A DNA stretch of 34,783 bases from Mesotaenium endlicherianum (Eukaryota). The notes below the pieces were generated by a model. The model was not told the DNA's origin. It worked only from the letters and a program-made list of their open reading frames with translations, and did not search any database. The number at the start of each line of letters is the position of its first letter. Position 1 is the first letter of the stretch. Below are positions 21,812 to 33,700 of the stretch, one piece after another. Location of the stretch: assembly GCA_009602735.1 (NCBI GenBank), contig WELA01003463.1:160838-195620 (forward strand), written 5' to 3'. The position numbers and the translations under genes were made by a program.

Positions 21812-22560
21812 TGTGCGCACGCGTGTGTGTCTGTGTGCGCGTGTGTGATGGAATGACAGGTGGAGAAGTACTTGGGGAGCGGAACGGACGAGATTCACTG
21901 GCTTCTCATCCGGTCAGCTCTGGCCTCAGTAGGGGGGACTGCCATCATCGCAATCCAAGACGTGCTGGGTCTTGATAACTCGGCGCGCATGAACACTCCT
22001 GCTGTCCAGGTCAAGCCTGCGCTCCCCATCCACCACTTTCTTACCCATTGCACCCGCTCAAAAACTAGTGGAGTTTGTGAGCTGTATGCGACTGTTTATG
22101 ACGTTATTGATCTGTAAGTTAGAAGCGGCAATTCCCCCACATATGTACAGCGCTTGGCACAGAGGACAGGTGGCGATGTGGATCAGGCTTTGGCGAGCCT
22201 GGAGAGGTTGACTTGGTTAATTTGTGTGCAAATTCTGTCTGCCAGGCTGTGAAGGTTGGTGTGGATGAAGATGCTAATATCTGCTCGGAGTAGATGGCAC
22301 CCCATCGTGTTGCCTTGTGCTTGTGCTTGTGCTTGCAGAAAGGTAACTGGGGCTGGCGAGTGGGGGAGCCCGGCTTTTTTGGCAACCTGACCGAGGAAGG
22401 CGAGCGCTTGACGGGGTACTTGAGGGACTACAACAGACTGCCCAAGGGCTTTGTTGACAAGTCCAAGGCTGCTGAGGAGGACGTAGAGGCGGAGGAGGCG
22501 GTGGAGGGAGCCGAGGTGACTGAGGGGGAAGAGTCCAAGGAAGAGGTTACTGCGACTTAA
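12174..22560 (+). CDS. DPE1: Plastid 4-alpha-glucanotransferase (disproportionating enzyme, GH77), 16 exons, 641 aa
   Basis: Exons: 12174-12608, 12806-12868, 13119-13207, 13814-13874, 14519-14597, 15121-15257, 16592-16750, 17103-17179, 17841-17980, 18709-18740, 19280-19354, 20057-20129, 20833-20921, 21426-21470, 21860-22009, 22339-22560. All introns are GT-AG and phases are consistent (1926 nt). Motifs RRAGILMHPTSL, GDMPIYV, SGVPPDYFS, RIDHFRGF, IAEDLG, GTHDNDT and RMNTP are intact, and the N-terminus is Ser-rich like a transit peptide. Confidence 0.96.
15345..15706. repeat. Degenerate minisatellite in DPE1 intron 6
   Basis: Recurrent GGTCCCCATT...CCATYGC...AAGACTT units near 15369, 15445, 15470, 15508, 15579, 15658 and 15695. 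Confidence 0.6.
17258..17811. other. Assembly gap (N run) within DPE1 intron 8
   Basis: 554 N. The flanking exons join in frame (LWG-S-PLYNW), so no coding exon appears to be missing. Confidence 0.98.
18029..18200. repeat. (CTG)n microsatellite cluster in DPE1 intron 9
   Basis: Several CTG/TGC runs; a similar run lies at about 14450-14486 in intron 4. Confidence 0.9.
18826..18997. repeat. (CTT)n-rich pyrimidine tract in DPE1 intron 10
   Basis: Imperfect TTC/CTT repeats over about 170 bp. Confidence 0.9.
19941..20020. repeat. (CT)n(TG)n compound microsatellite before a DPE1 acceptor; similar TG tracts at about 16500-16590 and 21779-21847
   Basis: Direct reading of dinucleotide runs. Confidence 0.9.
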
Positions 22561-23828
22561 GATGTGCCATCTGCATCTGTGTTCAGGACACAGTGACATA
22601 GGCTTCTATATATATGTTCTCTAGTTCATGCGATATTCAATAGCTTGCGCATGCATTAATGGCTCGTTGCATTCACTTCTGCTGTTCCTTAGCATAGACC
22701 TCTCTCACAAGCGATATCTGATGGACCACTTAGCTGCTCAAGGGTCAGAACCTGCGATGGTGACTTTGGTTCTCGCTTTTCTTTTTTATGAGACTGGAGC
22801 TCCTTACTAATGAGTAACTACATGTAAACCACAAAAATGTGGGTCATAAAAGCAATGTCTTGAATGTGAGCAAGTTATTCAACATCTGAGTTGCGTTCAT
22901 TGGGACGCAATGATGGGCTGCAGACACGAGGATGAAGCATTTCGAATAAAGCGATGCATACGTAAGCCAGAAAATGTGGATTGTTCTGAAACTATTTTCA
23001 TGCATTTGAGCAATGTCATGTACAGGCTGCAACACCTGAGCTGCAGTCTTTATAAACTGGCGGTAGGCTGTAAAAGCGAATGCGGGCATACGGTGATGAC
23101 AGCCAGCTAATTATAAAAGTTGTCTTATCTCCTATAAGATTCATGCATGACATGCATGTTTACATGTTGAGTGGCACTTGACGTCATCTTACTGCCCGCA
23201 TTCATATAAAATATAAATGGCTGAGTCTAATTGAACACAGCGAAATTGTAGTCACAAGTGGGAGCTGCATCTCAAAATTGCAATGTCATTAAGCACTGTG
23301 TACTCTATAATGATTTCGAGGATAATTGCAGCGGTACATAAGAGCTGCGACCTCTCGCCCAGCCAGCAGACATGAGCAGGAGGCATGACGTTGACCGTAA
23401 GGCAGCCACTGAAAATGCTGCCACCATGTAGTGAGTATTACAAAAGCCCGATGGTAAAAGAGATGTAAAGCTCAAAAGCATCACGATGTTGGTGTCATCA
23501 TGCGTGAAGATGCATCTATCTCCGCCATCTAACAGCTATGAAGCTGAGCGACACCTCAGATGCACAAGAATGATACGCATGCAGGCGCGGCAGAAGGGCT
23601 GGTGCGTCAAGCCGGAGCAGGCAGCAGCACGCCGTTCCCCTGGGCCACCTTCGCACCACCTGGTCCAGCACCAGAGCAATTACGCCCACCACACTCGGCT
23701 GCTGGTAATGAGCACGTCTAAGCTTCTAAGCAACTCAGAGCTTCCTCACTTGCACTGTCAACAACTAACCGACTGACTGCTGTCGCTATATTGCACTGCA
23801 ATACCATATACAACCCGCCATTGCAACC

Positions 23829-26203
23829 TCAAATACCGCTCAGCTCCAACTGTTTCCACACCCAAGTGCCACGACCTGAGGGCGGGAGGTTGAAAGGACT
23901 AGGTTAAGAGGGAGTACAGCAGTAGGCTCATGGCCAAGCTCAGGCAGAGGCTTCAGGCAGAGAAGGAACCTCAGAAAGATGAGGTCTTGACCATGAGAGA
24001 GGTGACTGACACTTGCTCACACAGTATGAGCATAGATCATCGAGATTGCAAACCTCGAGATTGTATGCATCTAGTGGCAGGGGGACGATGAAATACCTTG
24101 CCGGTCAAATTTTCGAGGGGAAGAGGTCCCGTTTTCATGCATGGCTGCCAGCTGCCTCGTGCCGAGGGCACCATTCTCTGAAGAAGGCCCATTGCCGCGT
24201 CCCTCCTCGCTTGCAGTGATGCCAGCTGGACCCCCGTGATCGGACCGATCAGACCTGACTGACCGATCGGATCGATCTGATGGCCTGGGTGCCTCGCTCC
24301 GAACTCGGCCAGACGAGGAAGACACCAAGCGGTTGGAGGTGACTCGCATGCGCCCCATGAACAAGATCTGCTTCTCTAGCAGCGTCTCCTGGAGCTGCAA
24401 GAGTGCAAGCAGACATTGACAACAAAGAAAAGACATGGCACACGGACATGTCCAGTCTCCCAATCAAGAAGCAGACTCGTCTGGAGTTCAGGTGCTGACT
24501 CCGTGGACATGTTACTCGTGCACATGTTGCGCACGTGTGCATCTTGGCATGCCAGATTTTGATGGTGATGGGGAATTTTCGCATAAAGATTAGCTCACGA
24601 AAGCAAGTATGAAGCAGAAGGAGCAATTGAGGCGTGATGAAGGTCGAGGACTAAGCAGCATTGAGAGTGCAAAAGCAGCATGAGAGAATGGTAAGCAGCA
24701 AGACTGACTGAAGGACCAGCTTCTGTATCCTTCCATGAAAGGAGCGACCTTCAGAGTGGCAGAATACAACTTTACACAAGTCATGTACTACGTTTGGTGG
24801 CCCTCCATTGGGATGAAAGCTCTGGCAATGCATGGGACTGCACACAGTGTGTGCTATGACAGGCGCCTGCAGACAGTATGACATAGTGGCTCCCAATTTG
24901 AGAGACTGGGGGAGGGAGGAAGTACCTCAAAAAAGCTTTGCAGCTCTGCCATCCGTGCACTCACACTGGCAGCGCACACTATGGCATCCTCTGCTCTCTT
25001 CTGCATCAACAACAAAAGCACCCTATGTAATAGTATGAAGCCAATTATCTCCTGTCATTCTCAAGTAGGTATACGGGTATATACATCATCAGCTGGCAAA
25101 AAGTGCTCTATACAGGAAAGAGATCACCGAACGCACGAGCCTGACATGATGCTTGACTTGTTTACTCAAACTTCATGCTAGTGACCTCATTCTGACATGA
25201 TTAAATATTTAATAGTTTGACTACATAGCTTCTGCAACTCTTCTGTTTGCTATTTGACTCCTTCTATTGGCCCCCCTAAGGTTTGAACAGCAGCAGGCTT
25301 GTCCTAAGACATACTGAAGTCAAGACGTAATCCTAACGTTCTTATTGAAACAAATGTAAGGGTAGAATACTGAAGTGACCACTTGTCATACAAGTGCGTA
25401 TAAAACAATGACTCAAAGGTTGCAGCTTTGTTGCTCACACCACCCCAACATAAGCTTTAGTCTTGCCCAAAGGAAGCTGCAAAAAGCAGAGAAGCAAACC
25501 TTGTGGTAGTCATATGCTTCTTTCAATTTCCTCATTTCCTCAATATGCTGATGCTGTAAGTCACGTAGCCTTCCCGTATACTGCTGCATTGACAATTGAT
25601 CTACTTGATAGAAGGAATTTGGCCTCCTGCAAACATCAGTTCAACCAGCCTCTCTAGCACCTACTTTCAGGATGCTATTTTACACACTAGAAAGTGCTGA
25701 AAAGTGTATTGAAATTTATCACAAGCTCCCCTTCAGAGGCATAAGAATGCATTGAAACAGTCTGAAAGAAAGGAGTGGTGTCTGCGTGTCGTATGCAAAG
25801 TGAAAGTTTTCGCCTTGCTACCATAACACCATGCTGTAAGCTTTTCACATACTATCAGGCTGACGATCCTGCAGATGCAATTCTACCTCACTTTAGCCCG
25901 CACTATGCGTAACCCTTGACCTGTCAAATAAAGCGCGTACCCTGAGATAGGCAGAGGAGTAGAGAGGGTTGCACAATATTGGTTTTGCAGCTGGCCGGCA
26001 GCCTGGCTGACTATGACATGGGGTATTCGCCAACCTGTATGTGCAAAGACTAAAGCACCTCTGATTGCACCCTTGATAAAGAAGTGAGACTCTCCATTGA
26101 TGGTGACTCCTAAGGCACCAAGCCAACCTCCTAATAAAGCCCCCACTGAGGCACAAAGGAAGCTGTTCGGCACTATCACAAGGTTCTTAACAACGTCTTC
26201 CAT
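23829..26203 (-). CDS. Unknown protein, 4 exons, 262 aa (N-terminal glycine-zipper hydrophobic region, coiled coil, Ser/Arg-rich tail)
   Basis: Exons (minus): 26203-25887, 25626-25500, 24394-24097, 23875-23829. Sites are GT-AG with phases 2/0/1 consistent (789 nt), and the coiled-coil pattern continues across exons 2/3 (EEMRKLKEAYDYHK-LQETLLEKQI). An alternative stop lies at 24071 if the last intron is retained. Confidence 0.7.
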
Positions 26204-28116
26204 TTATGGGCGAGGGAAGTCAGTTTAAGTCATCTGCGTGCAGAAGCCTATGTCGTAATCTCCGTGATTTTTCTGCACGAAGTTATCAAGGTCGTGAAAC
26301 TACAGTGCTAGCTCTTCCTCGCCTAAAAGTCACTTTTCAAAAGCTAAGCTTCTCTCATCCGATGAGTCATGACTCAACTAGGCTCGACCACCTTGGGATC
26401 CTCAGGTTCCAGCTTGGCTATGTATAGATTTATTTTGTTGGCCGATTTTCGCCATTTTTGCAAACGGTCTTGCATTTCGCCTGATGTCAAGCATCGGCCC
26501 GTCGACAAATGCGAGGGGTCCGACGCGCCAAGATGAATGTGTGAGGACGTCTGCCGTTTCGACTCTAGGTAGGAATTTCGTTTCACCATATCCTCTGATT
26601 TCCACAGGATTGGTGTCGCGACTGCTATCCACTTGACGGTGCCGCACGCGCAGTGCAAGTCACGGCCGCCCAGGTACGGGAAGTCAGCATTGACACACCG
26701 ACTAGAGGACTGAGTCAGCGGTCATGTTGAAGTCGTTGTCACTGTCAAAGTGGTCACGACACGTCACACCCACACCCAGGACGGGATGGGGATGTGGACC
26801 GAGTGGTCAGCCAAAAGGCTAGGGGCATGGAACCAGCAATGAGCCAGCCTATCGAGTGCCAAGAAAGGTACTAATCAATCGGCTATCCAAGCCAAGTACA
26901 GCAGGGATGTTGCAAAGGGCGTTGTGTGCCGCCTCGGCCGGGCTCTCAGGTGACTGGTCACGGCCTGAGCGTTTATCCTAAACGTTGCCAGCCAGCCACA
27001 TAGGCGTGATTGTCAGCTGGAAGGCTAAGTGGTCACGCGCAACAATCCCAATGCATGCATGCATGCCAAATGACATCTTCTAAGCTGTGTAAGAGCTGCT
27101 GGGTAAGGACGGCATGCAAGCTAAGCGCTGTGACTAAGCACTGGTGTTCTCGAAAGAGGACAGTGTGTGGTGCTTGTAAAAGGCACGAGTCCTGCCTGAA
27201 GCTGCCTCATCCTTGCTCGCATTGTTGTCAAAGGAAGCTGAAGAAGCAGAAGGAGTGCAAAGAAGAAGGAGTTCCCAAAGTTTCTCAACTTGGGCGAAAG
27301 CCTGTGTGCAAGTAAGACGCTTCTGTCCTTGTAAGGGAAACTGAAGATAAGCTATCTTTTCGAAAATTTCTGCTAAGTGTTGAATGAGGAACTGGTTGAA
27401 CATGGGAAGCACTGAGTATGGGATGCCTCACCGCATGATGCAAGTGCAGGAAGACCAGGAATGGGTCAAACCCCAACCAGTCTGTCACCGACACACGTGC
27501 AAGGGACGATCAACCCGGTCGATCCCCACGTGCAGCGACGCACCGACACGTCAACCAAGTCGAAGGCACACGTGCTGAGAAGCCACGCACGCGCCAGGGG
27601 TCCGACGCTGTTAGGCACGACATTGGAACAGGACCAACTTCCATCTTCGACTCCACCTTTACCTTCTCTTCTATTTGTCGTTCCGCAACATATATGCCTC
27701 GCTTCTTTCCGTGACTTCTTGTTCATCCATTACAAGGTGCCACAATTCAAGTTCCCTCCAACATAGTTCATTCATTAAATGAAAATGAAAAAATATTGAG
27801 GCATGAGCTTGACAATGTTCCTTCTTTAGAACTTGCCAAATTGATTAACCCCCACATCTTCACTGACGAGGACTTCGCTTTTATGTCCTATTGATCTCGA
27901 TCTGACTCATGTCCTGAAAGTCAAAGAACCATATAGAAACGTCAATAGGTATTTAAATATACCTGGCTTATGCTTATATCAATCAACCTCAATGGACATG
28001 TTCTTAGCCGTCGGCTCTAAAGGAGCAACTCAGTTTTCTTGCTCTAATCTTAGTTGGTATGTATATACACACATACACGTGCCAAATAAAGGACATGAAG
28101 ACTTTCACAAGTGAAC

Positions 28117-29892
28117 TCAGTTCCACAAGTCCTTCACAGGTTTGGGCAAGGCGGGGCTCTCAACATCCTTGACTTTGTAAAAGTTAGGGACCATCTCCAC
28201 AAGCCACATAGGCTCAATGACAGTAACATCACGGATATATTGTCGATTCGTCCGCACGAGCGCGTTGAAAACAACACACTCGGGCTTTGCACTAAATAAC
28301 ACCGAAGATGGATGTATTGACACTGTCTGTCCACTTGCCAAAGCCCTGTGCACACACACACAAGGGCCAAATTCTTCATGTTCGTGTCAATCGACTTCAT
28401 CACAAACTCGAAGCAAAAGCCTATATACGTTCCCGTAGAGCCCCAATCGCCCAGAGGCTAGAAGAGGGAGCAATGGAACAAAGCCTCGAAACGGACACAA
28501 CACAATATACTCAAGGGACATCACACAACCCACAACAGACACAACACTACATATACACCACACACCACACGCCACACTCGACACACACCAGGCTCCGCAC
28601 CTATAGGAGTTATCGGGTTGACGGCGGGCGGCATTAACAAAAAAGGCGGCAGCCAGGGCTCTCCGAAAGGCGAGCATGTCGTCTCCGCACGAAATGATCT
28701 TCATCTTCAACCCCTCGCAATATCCTCTTAGCTGCCTGCACACGTGTCCGAATCGGGTGTAGAGGCCTCGGATTTAGGGGAAAGAATGTCAAGTGAAGGT
28801 CAACAGCGATTAAATCTTTCAACTAGAGGTCAACTAGAGGTCCTCTACCAACAAGTAATGTTATCCGTTGAATGTTCTCAAACTCCTCTCACTGGCTCCG
28901 GAGCACTGCTGTTGCATAGGGACATCTGGAAGAGCAACCGAGGGTAGCAATTAGGGTTACATGGTGACGTCATAGAGGGTGTGCAGGTACCACCACCAAC
29001 CACAACAAATGTTTTGCACATGCAAAGCGTCGAATCTGCCGCTAGGCGGGGAGAGGAATGAAAACAAACTTTAAGGTCAGAGTGAACAGTTTGCCTCTCG
29101 AGACAAAGACAAAGAAAGAGAGATGCGAAAAACCGCACGCTCCTTTGCGACTTGGTCGAGCCAATCTCCGACCAAAACATCACACACAACCCAAGTCACA
29201 TACATAGAACGCAAGCACACGAGACAAAGCCAGCACCATAACCCAGAGTGCTTGAAAAGGCTTCAAGAGGGAGGCCCTACCTGAAGATGTCCAGAGCCTT
29301 GTTCAGCGCCCGGGCATTCAAAAAATTTGTGCGACACCACGCCCGTGCGTCACCGGCTCTTTTACTGCTGCCCAAGCTGTGAGCACTTTTTTTTTTCTCG
29401 CTGCCCACATGAGCCGGCGCCGTCCCACCCCCTCCATTCGCCGACGGGGCAATATCGCCCGACCCAGCTCCACTGGATGACAAGAAGGCGCCATTTGTCG
29501 TGCTCTTGAGCGCCTCTGCCAAATATGCCCTGAACACGTTGACAAGTGTCACGTGGTCCCCATCCTTGCTGGCAAATCGTTTCTTGGCCGCGTTTGCCTG
29601 CAGTCCCATGGCACATGCACAGCTGCTGTCAGCTGCCCACCATCGACAATACTTGGAACTTGCCAAGGCCATCACCAGCACCACCACTACTGCCACCCGC
29701 ACTCTCTCGTGATAAATTCATGTGAGATACTCCCCAGATGCTACCCAGTCACTGCAGTCTGGCTTCCATATGCCGTGGTCCACTGCCGAAACTTTGCACT
29801 GTCCTCAAATCCTCCATACACACGCAAACGCTAAAACAACGTGCCGTCCAACCCCACCACCAATATATACACATATATGTGTATATATATAG

Positions 29893-29923
<31 letters not shown>

Positions 29924-30665
29924 TATATAGATATATATATATATACATATATAGATCTATATATATATATATATATACATCATTAGCACGTCCCCCCAGC
30001 CGTCCCTTTCCAGCCTGCAGCCCCTCCGCCGCCCGCGGCCCAGCCACGAATGCTCGGCAGCAGCCTGTGCTGACTGACCTCAGCAAGCTTGTCCTTGGGG
30101 GCAAAAAAGACAGACTCCGCCGACAGCATGGCCACGGCCGCCAGCATCTCCTGCGCGCACCCGAAGCCCTCGGAGACGAGCACCGCGCGCGAGTACAGCG
30201 GGTCCAAGGGGAACCGCGCCATCTGGACGCCCACGGGTTGCGACAGCTGGCCCTCGCGCGTGAGCGCGCCCAGCACGTACAGGTGCTCCAGCGCCTTCAG
30301 GATGGCCGCCCTGCTCGCCGCCAAGACACGCTCGCAGGAGTGCAGAACAGGTGTCAGGAGAAAAGCTGAGGAGTGGGACGAGCGCAAGCACGCGCACGCA
30401 CGCGTGATGCACGTGCCTGGTGGCGCCCTTCCCTTCCTCTTGCTGAAGGTGATCGCTCTTCATGCCACCTATCAATTGGAGAGGGGAAGTGGTGGAGGGG
30501 GGAGAGAGGGGCCTTGACCAAAAGGCGATCCAATGAACCCCCCTCGCATGCTGCCTACATGGCCTGCATGCACGCAGGCGTGTGGGCACGCAAGTGCGCA
30601 ACCCGGAACATGCCCAAGGGACTCTCAAACGTTACTCCGACACAGAGATCTAGCTGCCCATGCAG

Positions 30666-30761
<96 letters not shown>

Positions 30762-33700
30762 NCCTCCTCCAGCGTGCACGCCTCTCTCAGGAGCTTGCTC
30801 TCCCTCCTGGAGGCCCTCCCATTAAACTCCACAGCCAAGGGAGCCGACAAGGCCTCAGAGAAAGCCAGCCTCTGAAAAATGTCTGCAAGCTGTCGTATGC
30901 ACAAGGAAGTCTGCGAAACGAGTGAGGGAGAGCGGGCGTGCATACTAGGGGGTGCTTGTCTGCAGGCACTCTTATTCTCTCGGAACTCCCTTCATCCCGA
31001 AGCTACTAATATGAGACGACCATGCGAGCATGCGGGCGAGCGAGCGAGCCAACAAGTGTGCGTGCTAGGGTGGCTGGACTACGGGCCCGACTCCCATGAG
31101 ATATATGACCCGAGAACGGCAAGGCAAGCGAGTGAGTAAACGAGCGTGCTTGCATGCGTGCCTGTGTGCAGACTGGGCAAGCTTGTCCGCGGGTGTATAG
31201 ATAAACCTGACCCTATAACCTCCACTGCCAGGCGAGCGAGAGATGGACCGAGAGAGCGTGTGGGGGCGCGCATAGCACGTGCACTGAGGGTGCTTGTCCA
31301 CTCCATAGCCCTCTACTGGAAGTCGAGCGGGGGAGCCAGCGAGCGTGGGACTGAGAGAGCGCGCAAGAGTGAGTGCGCGGGTGCCTCCACTGGGGTTGCT
31401 TGTCCCCTCTACAACAAGCCAAGCAAATGAGCAAGCGAGCCAGCATGCGTGCGTGCGTGCGTGCGTGCGGGAGCATGCGCACTCGCATATGGAGGGGGTT
31501 TGTCTATGAAGTTGAAATCCGGAATGTTGCGAGCAAGGAAGGAAGCGTGCGGAAGCATGCGCACGCGTGTGCGGGTGTGCGTGCTCACTCACTGGGGGGG
31601 CTTGTCCATGAAGTCAAAGGCGGGGATGTCGCGGATGCCCAGCGCCGTGAGCTGCAGCACCACGCTCGCCAGGTTGCACCGCCGGATCTCCGGCACCGTC
31701 GCGTCCGCCAGCGCGTCAAACCCGCCCTCCGTGTACAGCCGGTAGCACTTCCCCGGGGCCTCCCTGCCTGCGCGCCCGCTGCCAGAAGAGAGAGAGAGAG
31801 GAGGCGGGGTGAGGAAGAAGATTACCAAAGGATCAAAAAGAGCAGAAGAGGGGGTTAGGAAAACGAGAGGCGAAGGGTTGAGCGCTTGGCCTGCTGACTT
31901 GGCAAACGTGGCGGGAGCCAAGTGGCGACACCATGTGTGTTTGCTCCGCACATGTGATTCTTGTCGATGTAGAGAAGGCCTCAAGATGACCTGTAGCCCC
32001 AAATAACTTCATTCAAAAAACTGAGATGAAAATCTTAAAAGCCGACCCCTAGAGCTGGAGCTGGAGCAAGCGCCAATGCTGTGGCACTTTAGTACGTCTT
32101 GTAAGTCCACGTTATTGATGAGTCCAAAATTGGGTTTTGAAGGATACTCAGTTTCAGAAGTGGAAAATTGGGAGCCATGGGGAGGGGCGCAGTTAATCCG
32201 ACGGCAAGTAGTGGAACAAGTAAAGTGTGTTGGCCCCTAACCCTGAACCCCAAACCCTACACGTCGCACTTCAAACCTACGCTCTACTGAGATCATACAC
32301 AGAGCAGGAAGCCACCCGCCTGCTTTCACGCACACACACGCTCCTCGATGAATCTCCCACGTGCCTACACCTCATGGCAAACAGGTGCCCCGAATTCCCA
32401 AACTGCTTGGAAGCTCGATCTTTGCATCTCCTGCACGTGCTCTCTACTGCACACAAGCTCCATCCATTGAATACAAACCTGAACTTATCTAGCAACCTTC
32501 TATACACATACACATCTGTGGCTACGGGCTTACGTACCCACACACGCACGCACAAGCATTTACAATCTTTAAGCACTCATATACAGACATACATACATGT
32601 ACGCACATGCATGAATGAATGACCCACGTATACTCCACCTGCGCATGCCAGTCAAGGCCAACCTGCTCAACAGCACATGCATATCTCCCACCAACCCATT
32701 CCCCAACACTCGTACAAAGTCCGCAAGCATGAGACGCGAGAAGCACAGCACGCTCGCACGCACGCGCGCACCTGCGCTGGCGAGCCTGCGCCTTGGAGAT
32801 GGGCACGACGGCCAGAGACTCCACGCCGATCTTGGCGTTGAACGCGCGCGCCTTCACCAGCCCCGGGTCCACCACGTAGCGGATGCCTGGAATCGTGACA
32901 GATGTCTCCGCAATGTTGGTCGCCAGGATGACCTGCCAGGTGTCCGGCCGCACGCGAAGGCGAGCGTCGCCCACGTCGCAAACGCTCATCTGTCAGCGAT
33001 GAATTGGCGGAGGAGGCCACGCAGACATGCAGAGGCAAAAGCACACAGTGAAAACTGCACACAGTGCACACTGCACACGCTTTTGCAGAAAACAAACGGA
33101 CACCAGCGGAGGGACGCGCAACACGCGCAGCAAACAAACACACGTCAACCACAGATGACACACGAGAGTGCAAATGCGTGCTGGTGCCTTGATCAGGCAA
33201 GCATGCACGCGACCATCGTGCGGGGGCAGCTTGCCAAATAGCGGCGCGCGACCGGCAGCCGCTGACCCTGAAGGGTCCGGATGCGGACACAGAGAGGGTG
33301 AAAGACGCCCATCCCGATCAGGCACGGCCATTGCGCGTGCACTCAGTGGCACCACCTGGCACGAGGCCTGGCAGGCCGGCCGGGGGGCCGGCGCCAAAGG
33401 GCGGTCGGACTGGGGGGGAGTGCATGCAATGTCTGGAACAATCGGCTGGTTTTCCTGAAATATACCTCGTAGTGTAGATTGAGCAGTCCTGCCAAATTAT
33501 GGGAAAAGCCACTTCTCCCAAGTGTATGAAAACAGCTACTGAGAAACAGGTGCCTGCAGCCCCCAGTCTGCAGTCTGCAGTCTGTGGTCTGCGGGGCAGT
33601 CTAGCTGCCGCGCCCAGCGGCGGCGAAGCGGGCAGGTGAGGGCAACCAATGGCAGGTTGAGCCCATACAAGGGACACATACATAAGATAGAGAAGGGTTG

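Noticed and set aside
23540..23710. Minus-strand frame containing HQPFCRACM, RING-like
   Set aside because: It lacks the full Cys/His ligand set and lies downstream of the modelled stop, with no convincing splice connection.
30533..30943. Poly-Pro/poly-Gly ORFs and a giant G-quadruplex at the 91-nt C run
   Set aside because: Intronic homopolymer abutting an N join; its length is probably a sequencing or assembly artefact.
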